Shown here: piece after piece, positions 17,478 through 26,696 of the stretch
Layout: the number at the start of each line of letters is the position of its first letter
How positions within the stretch are numbered: the stretch's first letter is position 1
From: a virus
Lineage: Duplodnaviria; Caudoviricetes
DNA length: 53,580 nucleotides
Virus record (IMG/VR): IMGVR_UViG_3300015360_000055
Coordinates: 1-53,580 of that record
Reading direction: 5' to 3' (one strand)
Position numbers and translations under genes: made by a program
Notes under the pieces: model-generated
Seen by the model: the letters and a program-made list of their open reading frames with translations, nothing else
What the model was told of the DNA's origin: nothing
Databases searched by the model: none

Positions 17478-18974
17478 ATGGAACAGCGTAAACTTCAAGA
17501 AATGAAGTCGGACCTCTCTAACGAGGGATTTGTCCGCAACCCACAACGTGCGGCTTTGGTCGAACGTTGGAACAAATGGATGCCACAGAAAGATGCACAC
17601 GGTCGTGCTCTTGATATGAATCCTTATCGCAAGTATTGCTTGGCTCAGTTGTTCGAGAATCAACTCGGCGAACTCAAGCAATTCCGCGAGAAGCACCTTT
17701 TGGGCGAAGACACCACCACGGTGAATTCGGCACCATTCATCAAGTACACCTTCCCGCTTCTTCGCCGGGTGTGGCCTTCGTTGATTGCCCCAGAAATCGT
17801 TGGCATTCAGCCAATGTCTGCTCCTGTCGGCGCTGTATTCTACTTCGAGTTGAAGTATGGCGACAACAAGGGCGCAGTGGCTTCTGGCGACAAGCTCGTC
17901 AAGAACTTCAACCGCGCTTACTCTTCTGAGTACATCGACGGTGAATCCCTCGGAACCGGCGACGGCGTTGCAACCGTCTTCGCGTCCACCCTCGACTGGA
18001 CTCCAGTTCGCGCAAGCACTGTCACTGTGACTGCTGGTTCGATCTCTGGAACTGATAACGGATCTGGCGTCATCGCTGGCACCGGCATCTCCGGAACCGT
18101 CAACTACGTCTCGGGCGCAATCAGCGTGACCCTCTCCGCAGCTCCTGCTAACGGCGTGGCTGTCAGCGCGACCTACCAGTACAACACTGAAGGTTCGAGC
18201 AAGATCCCAACGGTCAACGTGGACATCGCACTGGTTGCTGTGACCGCGAAGAGCCGCAAGATCAAAGCACTTTGGTCCAGCGAAGCTGCTGATGACTTGA
18301 AGGCACTCCACGGTGTGGATGCTGAACAAGAACTCGTAGCTGGTGTTGGTTCTGAACTCGCTCTCGAAATCGATCGTGAGATCATCGACGATATCAAGAA
18401 CGGTGCAACCGGCGCGTCCACGACCTACAACATGACCGTCCCATCGGGCGTTCGTGAGTTGGATCACATCCGTGGGATGTTGACCCCCCTCACCCTGATC
18501 TCTAACCAGATCGGCAAGAACACTCTTCGTGGACCAGCCAATTTCATGGTGATGAGCTATGACATTGCAGCTCAGATCGAGCAGCTCTCGACTGATGGTT
18601 TCTTCCGTCCTATCTTCGCAGGGGACGCAGAAGCTATGGCCAAGGTTGAAGGTCCACAGACCTTCGGCATCATGAAGATGGGCACCGTGATGAGCCGCTA
18701 CATGGCTTACAAGGATCCTTATCTTGAGTCCAACAAGATCGTCATGGGTTACCATGGTTCGAGCTTCGTTGACCAAGGTTACATCTGGGCTCCATACGTC
18801 CCGCTGCAAATCAGCAGCACGTTCCTGGATCCAAACGATTTCAAATTCCGTAAGGGGATTCGTACTCGTTATGCTAAGTTGCTTGCCCGTTCGGAATTCT
18901 ACGGAGTTCTCTCGCTCAGCAACTTGACCACGCTCTCTCCTGGTTCCTTCGGAGCCGCTTCTACCCTCTACTAA
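17478..18974 (+). CDS. major capsid protein, T4 gp23-like
   Basis: AQLFENQ, PLLRRV.PSLIA.EIVGIQPMSAPVG.VFY, TAKSRKIKALWS.EAADDLKALHGVDAEQEL, EIDREI, APYVPL, GIRTRYA. AAGGAG upstream favours ATG 17478 over GTG 17463. Confidence 0.96.
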   Translation: MEQRKLQEMKSDLSNEGFVRNPQRAALVERWNKWMPQKDAHGRALDMNPYRKYCLAQLFENQLGELKQFREKHLLGEDTTTVNSAPFIKYTFPLLRRVWPSLIAPEIVGIQPMSAPVGAVFYFELKYGDNKGAVASGDKLVKNFNRAYSSEYIDGESLGTGDGVATVFASTLDWTPVRASTVTVTAGSISGTDNGSGVIAGTGISGTVNYVSGAISVTLSAAPANGVAVSATYQYNTEGSSKIPTVNVDIALVAVTAKSRKIKALWSSEAADDLKALHGVDAEQELVAGVGSELALEIDREIIDDIKNGATGASTTYNMTVPSGVRELDHIRGMLTPLTLISNQIGKNTLRGPANFMVMSYDIAAQIEQLSTDGFFRPIFAGDAEAMAKVEGPQTFGIMKMGTVMSRYMAYKDPYLESNKIVMGYHGSSFVDQGYIWAPYVPLQISSTFLDPNDFKFRKGIRTRYAKLLARSEFYGVLSLSNLTTLSPGSFGAASTLY

Positions 18975-18996
18975 AAAGTAGGGTAGAAAAAAGATT

Positions 18997-19031
18997 AGGG
19001 GCTGGGCAGAAATGCCTGGCCCCTTTTTTTT
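18997..19031 (+). terminator. intrinsic terminator after the capsid gene
   Basis: AGGGGCTGGGCA-gaaa-TGCCTGGCCCCT (two G-U pairs) running into a T8 tract. Confidence 0.9.
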
Positions 19032-19112
19032 GTAAACAAGTTGCAATCATGAATGTCTTTTGTACTGCTTTAAATTAGAGTAAAGTTAAAAGCACGGGGA
19101 GAACGACGCTTC

Positions 19113-19586
19113 ATGAATTCCATTGAACAAATTGTACAGAGCGTAAAAGAGTTGGAAGAACGCTTCCTTGAAAAAGGTGAAGAAACAGGCGATCCCGCTG
19201 TTGATGGTGGCGACACAGGTGAAGTCGGGACCTCGCAAGATCGATACGACGAGGTCGAAGCTCTGATGTCGGTTGCCCAGAACTCAGCACTGAGTTGCAT
19301 GGTTGCAATCGAACAGATGTTCCGTCGTGGTCACAAAGACAAAATTGCTTCTATGTTCGGGGCTGACGCTGAGGGACTTCTCAAGCAAACCCAGGAATGT
19401 CTGCACGGCATCGCTGAAATGTTCTCCGGAGAAGAAAAAGAATCCGAAGAAAAACCAGATGAAGATGCTGAAGATCTCTCTGTGGGTTCCGATGAAGAAG
19501 AGTCTGATGATGAAGACGATTCCAAGGACTCTGAGGACGAAAAGAAAAAGAAGAAAGCTAAAAAAGAAGAACCCAAGGAGAAATAA
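19113..19586 (+). CDS. acidic hypothetical protein
   Basis: 157 aa, D/E-rich with a Lys tail; stop abuts the next ATG. Confidence 0.7.
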   Translation: MNSIEQIVQSVKELEERFLEKGEETGDPAVDGGDTGEVGTSQDRYDEVEALMSVAQNSALSCMVAIEQMFRRGHKDKIASMFGADAEGLLKQTQECLHGIAEMFSGEEKESEEKPDEDAEDLSVGSDEEESDDEDDSKDSEDEKKKKKAKKEEPKEK

Positions 19587-20321
19587 ATGGGAACGTCCGT
19601 AGCCAACATCAAGGCTGAATTTCTCAGTGACATGGGTGGAGGCGAAGGCGGACTCGTTACCGTTGAACTTTCTGATGTGGCTTTTACCAATTCCGTAAAG
19701 GCAGCGAAGCGTTGGTTCACGGCTAAAAAAGGCTTTATTATTTATCGTCCAGTTACAGTCGTTGCAGGGCAGCTTGAATACAAAATGAAGGATGATGTTC
19801 AGCAAGTGCTGGATGTGATCTTCCAGGTTCCAACCGATGTGGCCGCATTCTTCACGATGGGGTTCTTCGATATCATTCCTTATGGTCCGAACTCGATGAT
19901 GACATCGGGTCCAGGAATGTCGAACTACTCTGGGTTTGCTCAGCTCCTTCAGGCGACTGAAATGAGAAAACGAATCTTCTCTGTTGAGCCTGATTGGCAG
20001 TATGATCAGCAAACAAAATTACTTCATGTCACAGCAAGAGGCGGGTCATTTTCTGCCGCCATGCTGGTTCAATTAAAGGTCAATGACTTTGACCCTGGTC
20101 ACTTAAACGACAAGGACGACTATCTTTTCGTTCGGTACGTCAAGGCGAAGTGCAAAGAGGTTGTCGGAAGGACTCGTTCCAAATACGACTCACTTCCTGG
20201 AGCCGGTGGCCCCACCACGATGGACGGAAACCGTTTGCTGGATGAGGCCAAGGAAGAGCTGCTCGCACTCGATATTGAAATTTTCGCAAGCCAGGGGCCA
20301 GACATCCCCATGATTGGATGA
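19587..20321 (+). CDS. neck/head-completion protein, T4 gp13-like
   Basis: VTVELS..., YVKAKCKEVVGRTRSKY..LPG.GG..TMDG..LL.EAKEE, C-terminal PMIG. Confidence 0.85.
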   Translation: MGTSVANIKAEFLSDMGGGEGGLVTVELSDVAFTNSVKAAKRWFTAKKGFIIYRPVTVVAGQLEYKMKDDVQQVLDVIFQVPTDVAAFFTMGFFDIIPYGPNSMMTSGPGMSNYSGFAQLLQATEMRKRIFSVEPDWQYDQQTKLLHVTARGGSFSAAMLVQLKVNDFDPGHLNDKDDYLFVRYVKAKCKEVVGRTRSKYDSLPGAGGPTTMDGNRLLDEAKEELLALDIEIFASQGPDIPMIG

Positions 20322-21247
20322 GTATGGAAAAAGATCCAATCTTAAAACTGATTGACGAGTCCTATGCAGTCTTCGAAGAGAAGGCTCCTCTCGTTACCAA
20401 GATCGATGGACTCCCCTACCCGGAGTACGTCTCTCTTCTGATCTTTGCTGACGCATTCAGTGATGTGGCTCAGAATGACTACCCAACCGTTGCCGAAAAG
20501 ATTCAAGTGCCTGGGAAGTCTCTGCTTAGGAATGTGAAGGACTACTTCCAGAGTATCGATTTAGACGTGAACGAATTCGTGGACGACACCATCGGTCTCG
20601 ACCTATTGGACCGCATCAATGATCTTTGGGGTGAGAACTTCTCTGTAGACGCGCTTCTCCAATACGACAAAGAAGCCCTGGTGACGATTGTTCTGATCTC
20701 TTTGGGTCATGACATCAAGCTGGATCCATCGGTAAAGCAACTCCTGAAAGATAGCGATGCTAAGGAGCCGACCACGGCCAGCCTAGATATGGATCAGGAT
20801 GAGCGCCGGTATAAGTCTGCTTATGCGGCCCTCAGTGAGATTTCCGGACTCAAGGCTGAATCGCGTGACGAATTGTCTGAAGGCTTCATGGACTTCTTTT
20901 CCAGCAAGTCAGACGAGCCTAAGGAGCACAAGGGCGATCAGAAGGCATTGAAGCTCGTTGAATCTATTTTAAAACAATGCAAGCTCAGGTATCATTTAAG
21001 CAAAGAGAAGGGCGAAGAGGGGACTGTTTTTCGTCATCAGATCACGATTGATAAAGAACATTACGTCCTCAAGTCGTACATTATCTCTGGAAGCGGTCAC
21101 CTGAGTTCAGTGCTGTGGGACAAGAGTGAGAATGATTTTCTGGTGGTAGTGACCATCGGTTACATAAAAGATTATTACGCCCTGATCGCATTCGGTCGTC
21201 AGAGGCTCAAAGCATGGATGGAGAAAGAACATGAACGATCAGAATAA
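20318..21247 (+). CDS. hypothetical protein, possibly two-module internal head protein
   Basis: 309 aa; IDE-S near the N-terminus and AES..LSE-G between two globular halves. Confidence 0.7.
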   Translation: MSMEKDPILKLIDESYAVFEEKAPLVTKIDGLPYPEYVSLLIFADAFSDVAQNDYPTVAEKIQVPGKSLLRNVKDYFQSIDLDVNEFVDDTIGLDLLDRINDLWGENFSVDALLQYDKEALVTIVLISLGHDIKLDPSVKQLLKDSDAKEPTTASLDMDQDERRYKSAYAALSEISGLKAESRDELSEGFMDFFSSKSDEPKEHKGDQKALKLVESILKQCKLRYHLSKEKGEEGTVFRHQITIDKEHYVLKSYIISGSGHLSSVLWDKSENDFLVVVTIGYIKDYYALIAFGRQRLKAWMEKEHERSE

Positions 21248-23615
21248 AATCATCGGTAAAGAGATCTGCGTAGCGGCTGCATTCTACGGAGAAGTCTCCG
21301 AAAAGAAGATGGGTTACGGGTTTCAGGAAAGCCTACTCGTGGATCCCATCGTCTTGGATTTGAATTCTGTCACCATGGACATGCTCAAAGATTGCGTGAA
21401 GCAGCTCGAAGCGATGGGCACCTACGAAGAGCTTGCCAAGGCTCAGGGCTACAAGAACGAAGGCTACAAGGCGACCGGGTTGGTCATTCAATCCAAGCTC
21501 GACCCGCGCGTGGTAATGTCAGTTGAGTGTGGACGCCGATGGAACAAAGACTCCGACGCTCAGTGGGTTTCTACAGGAGAAAGCGACCTCACCCTCAAGT
21601 GGTATCTCAACGACGAAGCCAAGGATCAGCAGGGCGTCAAGGGCGTTCAACCTGAGCACGCTGCTGACGCCGCAGAACTCGATCTCATCACGAAGATCCG
21701 CGAAGCCACCAAACAAGTTCCGATGAAGACTGAAAGCTACCAGCCTGTGATGAACGCCATCAAGATGGGCTACGGAACTCTCGCTGAAGCTGAACTCTCT
21801 CCTGAGTCTCTTCTTGAGGAATCTAAAAAAGAATCCAAGAAAGAGAAAAAGGAAGACGACAAGGTCGTCCGCTCTGGCACTTACAAAGGTAAGAAGTGGC
21901 AGATCGTTCAAACCAATTCTGGTTCAATGGGCAGCCCGGTCGATTACAAGTTAGTTGTTCCAGGCGTGTTCAGCTCGGATCATTTTAAGTCGCTCGCAAA
22001 GTGGAGCACTGACCGTGAAATCAAGCAGGCCAAGTCCTTCATTGATGATGCTGCCAAGGATTCAAAGGGCTCTAAGGGCTCCAAGAAAGAAAAGAAAAAG
22101 GTTACTGAAGCTGAAGAAGGTCAGACCCCGATTCAGCGTGAAGTCACTATTGAACTGACCCTGAAAGAAGCGGCTGAAGCTTTGGGCTACGGTGACTGGG
22201 CGAAGGAAAACGACTATCTTGACGCCGATCCTCATGAAGATGTTCATCACAGTGGTTACTCAGCTAAAGATGCTGCCAACTGGAATGACCCCAAGGGTAT
22301 GGATGGGGCAACCAGTATCTTCCCAGAAGCTGTAGTTAGGGCAGTCGAAGATGCTGAGCGCGATGGATGGGCTGCTGCAATCGGAGAAGCTCGCCGTGAC
22401 GCGATCAAAGATGCTCTCGAACTGATCCAGGTCGCAGGAGAATATCAAAGCGGCGATGGTGACATGATCGGCGTGAAGTCGGCTGGTGTGAAATCGGCTG
22501 AGATCGACACCCCTGCCAACAAGGTCACCGTCATGATTGAGAATCCAGAGCACCTGATTAACGATCTCATGGCCGGTCTGGGCCAGTTTTCTCCAGAGAT
22601 GGATCCGTACACCGCTGAAGATGACGACAAGATTAAGCGTATGTTCATTCAGTACGCTGGTGGCTACTTCGATATTTACGGAGACCGTAAACCCAGTGGC
22701 GAACTCGGCAGTCAGTTCTCTCCAGACACTAACGATGACTTCATGGCTGAGCAATGCAAAGTTTATATCGATGAAATGAGCGTTGATGAAATCGCGGAAG
22801 CCATTGCTGATGCCGTTGATTCGGGTCGGGTGGATTCAGAGGCTGAGGCCATCACGATGGCCGTCAAGCTCAGCGGTGAAAACAAGAAGGCAATCGCTCA
22901 GGCGCTGAAGAAGATGCACGGCGACACCTCTAAAAAATACGCAGACCGTGCAGCAGGAATTCCGGAAGAGGAATCTGTGAATCGAGTCGGCAAGAAGCCA
23001 GCGGCAGATGCCGCAAACAAACCAGCTAAAGCGGAGGTCAATATGAAAGAAGGAATTGATTTTGTATCGGTAGATTTTTGGGGAATGCCAAATCTCTCTG
23101 AGGAAGTCCAAGTGGGCGATCAACAGAAGAAAGCCACCAGCCCAGACGTTGTCTCGGTCGCTCAGAAGGACAAAGAAGTCGATAAGATGGCCGCCAATCT
23201 CAAGACCCCAAGCGGCAAGCAAGTCGTGATGAAGGCTGGTGCTGCTCTCGCTAAACCATCCACCACGGTTGATGTCGGCGTGAAGTCAGGCGAAGCCGCT
23301 CTCCCAGACGCAGCTCTCAAGACCGGCGATGCTGAAGACGGCAAGGGCGATGAGATGATTGGCAAGGGTAACTCCGATGACCAACAGAAGGAGCTTCCTT
23401 CGATCGCTATCAAGACCGGCAAAGCTGCTGATGGTCGCGGTAAAGTCATGGCTGACTCCAAGACTCCCTCCAAGGCTACGATGTCTGAAGCTCGCAAGGC
23501 TCAGGTTCAAGAGTTGATGGCCAAGCAGAAAAAAGACGGATCCATGGCCAAGAAGATGGGCGAAGCTCGCAAGAAAAAGATGCAGGAGAAGATGAAGTCT
23601 CGTTATGGGAAATAA
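21231..23615 (+). CDS. 794-aa modular protein, second putative processed internal protein
   Basis: Globular blocks separated by charged linkers with KTE-S, LAE-A, LEE-S, VTE-A, MKE-G, LSE-E, MSE-A. Confidence 0.65.
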   Translation: MNDQNKIIGKEICVAAAFYGEVSEKKMGYGFQESLLVDPIVLDLNSVTMDMLKDCVKQLEAMGTYEELAKAQGYKNEGYKATGLVIQSKLDPRVVMSVECGRRWNKDSDAQWVSTGESDLTLKWYLNDEAKDQQGVKGVQPEHAADAAELDLITKIREATKQVPMKTESYQPVMNAIKMGYGTLAEAELSPESLLEESKKESKKEKKEDDKVVRSGTYKGKKWQIVQTNSGSMGSPVDYKLVVPGVFSSDHFKSLAKWSTDREIKQAKSFIDDAAKDSKGSKGSKKEKKKVTEAEEGQTPIQREVTIELTLKEAAEALGYGDWAKENDYLDADPHEDVHHSGYSAKDAANWNDPKGMDGATSIFPEAVVRAVEDAERDGWAAAIGEARRDAIKDALELIQVAGEYQSGDGDMIGVKSAGVKSAEIDTPANKVTVMIENPEHLINDLMAGLGQFSPEMDPYTAEDDDKIKRMFIQYAGGYFDIYGDRKPSGELGSQFSPDTNDDFMAEQCKVYIDEMSVDEIAEAIADAVDSGRVDSEAEAITMAVKLSGENKKAIAQALKKMHGDTSKKYADRAAGIPEEESVNRVGKKPAADAANKPAKAEVNMKEGIDFVSVDFWGMPNLSEEVQVGDQQKKATSPDVVSVAQKDKEVDKMAANLKTPSGKQVVMKAGAALAKPSTTVDVGVKSGEAALPDAALKTGDAEDGKGDEMIGKGNSDDQQKELPSIAIKTGKAADGRGKVMADSKTPSKATMSEARKAQVQELMAKQKKDGSMAKKMGEARKKKMQEKMKSRYGK
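21314..21330 (-). repeat. dispersed motif copy 3, TTTCCTGAAACCCGTAA
   Basis: Reverse complement read directly; 17/17 identical to copy 1 with its flank; inside a CDS. Confidence 0.9.
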
Positions 23616-23641
23616 GTCTTCCACCCGAGTTGATTTTTACG

Positions 23642-23709
23642 GATTGCCACTTTGCGAGTCTGAAGTCAGTGTTGAACTCCAGCACGACGGCAGACTCGCA
23701 GTGGCTATC
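23642..23709 (+). other. long imperfect intergenic hairpin
   Basis: GCCAC/GTGGC, TGCGAGTCTG/CAGACTCGCA, GTC/GAC and GTGTTG/CAGCAC nested around loop AACTC. Confidence 0.75.
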
Positions 23710-23736
23710 TTTCTTCGACGAGCATGAGGCGTAACG

Positions 23737-24291
23737 ATGGGAACACTTCTCAATTCTGGCGAACAGAGATTATTTGACAGCATCGCCATTGAGGTGCTGA
23801 CTCTCGCTGGTACTCATTCGCCTGTGCTTTGGAAGTTCTCTAAGACGGGGAATCCAGCAACGGCAGACAGTTCAAGCGGTGTGTCTGGATTGGTTGATTG
23901 CTTGTATGAAGAGCCCAGAATTCCGAACACTTTAGATCCCAAGTCAAAACTCAAGCTCTACACACCCTATAAAGTCTTATGCTTCTTTGAGCGGCCAGCA
24001 ACGGTTGTGGACGCTCGCGATGAAGGATTGCAGGAACGTTCTGAAGGCAAATTCTGGTTCAGTCGCAGAAACCTTGAGGACTTGAAGATCCCCACCAACC
24101 ACTTGGGCGAACACGTTGCTGTTGGCGATGTGATTCAGCTCTGGTCTCAGGTGAAGAATCGATCCTGGTATTTTGAATTCATCAACGTGGAGCGCGATGG
24201 TTTTGAGCACGACGCTGAGGTCTGGACCCATTATGAGTGCGAAGGAGTCAGAAACGACTCGTTCGCCCCAGAGAGGAAGATCGCTCCATGA
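23737..24291 (+). CDS. probable head-closure/neck protein, gp14-like
   Basis: Position after the gp13-like gene; beta-rich with VGDVIQL...FEFINVE pattern. Confidence 0.55.
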   Translation: MGTLLNSGEQRLFDSIAIEVLTLAGTHSPVLWKFSKTGNPATADSSSGVSGLVDCLYEEPRIPNTLDPKSKLKLYTPYKVLCFFERPATVVDARDEGLQERSEGKFWFSRRNLEDLKIPTNHLGEHVAVGDVIQLWSQVKNRSWYFEFINVERDGFEHDAEVWTHYECEGVRNDSFAPERKIAP

Positions 24292-24602
24292 TGTTGAGTG
24301 AAGACGTGAATAATTGGGGCATCCCCGTGAAGCCAGTCCCGGCCAAGAAGAAACCCGCTGTTGAGGCGGTTGAAGAGGATCCCTGCACCATCTTGGAAGA
24401 CCTGGATCTGACACTGCGGTTCCTCTCTGAGGTCGTGGAGAAGGATCTGACTCCTGACGAGCAGAAGGAAAAGCTTCTCCGGGAAGCGCGACTTGCGCGT
24501 GATGAATTTAAAAGCAAAAGAGAATCCTTTTGCAAAGGCATGGAAGCCCTCGGCGTGTCTCGTAATGAGTCCAACGTCATCTGGGCTGACGCAGACACTT
24601 AA
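24288..24602 (+). CDS. hypothetical protein
   Basis: ATGA overlap with the upstream stop; begins MMLSE-D. Confidence 0.65.
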   Translation: MMLSEDVNNWGIPVKPVPAKKKPAVEAVEEDPCTILEDLDLTLRFLSEVVEKDLTPDEQKEKLLREARLARDEFKSKRESFCKGMEALGVSRNESNVIWADADT

Positions 24603-24608
24603 AGGAAG

Positions 24609-24995
24609 ATGAATATGGAAATTCTAAAACGGCTCGCTGCTCTTGAAGCTCAGGTTCAAAGCCTCACCAAGGCTCCCGTTCAGGAGGCCGAAAAGGAAGT
24701 GGCTCCCGAAGCCCCGGAAGAGGCTCCGGTTGATCTCGATGCCAAGCTGTCTCCAGAGGTCTTGGAGAAGTTCTATGATGGAATTTTAAGCGTTTTGGGA
24801 GAGTTGGAGCTAGAAGGTCAACTACCCCCACTCGATTCGCCACAAAAAGTACGTGACGCTTTGTTGGCTATCGTGAGACAATTGTACATAAAGAAATCAA
24901 TGATATCCAAGATGGGCAGAAAATTCGCCAGATTTGGTGCCAAGAGATTTTTGAGAAAACAAAGAAACGTCCTGGGAAAGGCCGTCTCTCAGTGA
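24609..24995 (+). CDS. hypothetical protein
   Basis: AAGGA SD; acidic N-terminus with VQE-A, basic C-terminus. Confidence 0.7.
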   Translation: MNMEILKRLAALEAQVQSLTKAPVQEAEKEVAPEAPEEAPVDLDAKLSPEVLEKFYDGILSVLGELELEGQLPPLDSPQKVRDALLAIVRQLYIKKSMISKMGRKFARFGAKRFLRKQRNVLGKAVSQ

Positions 24996-25001
24996 ACTCG
25001 C

Positions 25002-25016
25002 ATTACGGGTTTCAGG
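25002..25016 (-). repeat. dispersed motif copy 4, CCTGAAACCCGTAAT
   Basis: Intergenic; can pair with the degenerate CTGAGCCCG at 25023-25031, with a T-rich tract downstream. Confidence 0.9.
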
Positions 25017-25066
25017 TTTAAACTGAGCCCGACTGTCCTTTTGTTTATTATGTTGGGGGATAAATT

Positions 25067-25327
25067 ATGTTGAATAATACTGAGGCCGAAGTGATCGGTC
25101 TACCAGGTTACGATTTACTCAGTGAGAATAGAGAGCTTCAAGCCATCCGCGATCGAATCAAGGATCTGAAAGAGAAGTTTGATTCTGCGGCGCTCTCAAA
25201 AGATATCCGCGCTTTGCAAGAAGCCTCGCGGATCCAAAACCTCAAGCCAGATATGAGAGACGCTTTCTTGAAAGAGCTGCAACGACGTAAGCTCATCAAA
25301 CAGATTGTTGATGGGGAGTTTATTTGA
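25067..25327 (+). CDS. hypothetical helical protein
   Basis: GGGGG SD; TTGA overlap with rmlD. Confidence 0.65.
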   Translation: MLNNTEAEVIGLPGYDLLSENRELQAIRDRIKDLKEKFDSAALSKDIRALQEASRIQNLKPDMRDAFLKELQRRKLIKQIVDGEFI

Positions 25328-26181
25328 TTGCCTTAGTGCTGGGCGGTTCAGGGATGTTGGGGCAGGCTTTTGTTTCCACTTTTGTGAGAGCAGGGGCACA
25401 GGTATTAGCCCCAACTCATTCCGAACTGGACATCACTGATGAGCTGGCCGTTAGAAAGCTCATCACAAAAACAAAGCCGCATTATATCGTCAACTGCATC
25501 GCACACACGAACGTGGACGGATGCGAGAGTGATCCGGCAAAAGCCTACCTCATCAATGCAGAGGCCGTGGACTTTGTCTCTACCGCTGCGAAAAAGGTAA
25601 AGGCTAAGTTCATCCATATCGGAACCGATTACGTTTTCGACGGATCTCCTGGTGAACCCAGAGCTGAGACCGACGCTCCCAACCCCATCCAAGTTTATGG
25701 CAAGTCAAAGCTCGAAGGTGATCTCGCAGCCATTGCAAACGGCGGGACTGTTTTCAGAGTTCAATGGTTGTTCGGTAACGGAAAGGCTAATTTCATCGAC
25801 TGGGTTGCCAAGAGCATCGTCGATGGAAAGAGAATCCCTATTGCCGCTCAACAGGCTGGATCTCCAAGCTCTACTTTGTTTGTTGCGAACATCATCACGG
25901 TCGCTTTGCATATTTGTAAAAAAGAGATCTATCACGTCTCTCACGATAACTACGCGAACCGATTGGAGTGCGCCCAATACATTGCGGATTTTTTCAAGAA
26001 GGACTCAAGAAATTATTTCGACATCTTAGAGCATTCCAACTTCGGAACCGCAGCAAGGCCGACTGACACCAGGCTTTCCTCTGAGAAGCTGAAAAAACTC
26101 TTGTGCGTTCACGCTCTCGGGAGCTGGCAGTCTGACGTTTTGACTCACCTGACGACGAGGTACAACACATGGAATCCATAA
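25324..26181 (+). CDS. rmlD: dTDP-4-dehydrorhamnose reductase
   Basis: GGSGMLG, LDITD, TNVDGCESDP, TDYVFDG, PNPIQVYGKSK (YxxxK), ARP. Confidence 0.92.
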   Translation: MIALVLGGSGMLGQAFVSTFVRAGAQVLAPTHSELDITDELAVRKLITKTKPHYIVNCIAHTNVDGCESDPAKAYLINAEAVDFVSTAAKKVKAKFIHIGTDYVFDGSPGEPRAETDAPNPIQVYGKSKLEGDLAAIANGGTVFRVQWLFGNGKANFIDWVAKSIVDGKRIPIAAQQAGSPSSTLFVANIITVALHICKKEIYHVSHDNYANRLECAQYIADFFKKDSRNYFDILEHSNFGTAARPTDTRLSSEKLKKLLCVHALGSWQSDVLTHLTTRYNTWNP

Positions 26182-26696
26182 CCGGATGTTCAATCTTCAA
26201 TAATAAATGTTTCAAGGATGATCGCGGCTACTTCATTGAAGCTTACAAGCGGTCTGAGTTTTCAATTCCAAACATTCGTCAGACTAACGTTTCCATGTCT
26301 ACAAAGAACGTGGTTCGTGGTCTCCACTTTCAAACACAGAACCCGCAAGGCAAACTCGTCCGATCTGTGTACGGCGTGATACTAGATGTAGTCGTGGATC
26401 TTCGCGTGGGGTCAGAGACCTACGGTAAGAAAGAAGAGTTTCTTCTCCAGCCTGAAGGAATCTCTGTTTACATTCCACCAGGGTTCGCACATGGTTTTTG
26501 GTGCCTCACTGATGAGTGCGTCTTCCATTATGGATGCACAGAGGAGTATCACAAGGAGAGTGACGCTGGGATCAATCCGGAAGATCCAGATCTGTTTTTG
26601 CCGTGGAGAAATTCAGAAGTTTTGATCTCCGATAAAGACAAGAAGCTACCGTCACTGAAAGAATATCAATCCCCATTTAGAATGGAAAAAGTATGA
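26169..26696 (+). CDS. rmlC: dTDP-4-dehydrorhamnose 3,5-epimerase
   Basis: DDRGYF, VRGLHFQ, QGKLV, DVVVDLR.GS.TYG, YIPPGFAHGF, ISDKD. Confidence 0.95.
   Translation: MESITGCSIFNNKCFKDDRGYFIEAYKRSEFSIPNIRQTNVSMSTKNVVRGLHFQTQNPQGKLVRSVYGVILDVVVDLRVGSETYGKKEEFLLQPEGISVYIPPGFAHGFWCLTDECVFHYGCTEEYHKESDAGINPEDPDLFLPWRNSEVLISDKDKKLPSLKEYQSPFRMEKV

Noticed and set aside
17445-19046. 533-aa minus-strand ORF
   Set aside because: Antisense shadow of the capsid gene; strong codon bias removes antisense stops and the product is not protein-like.
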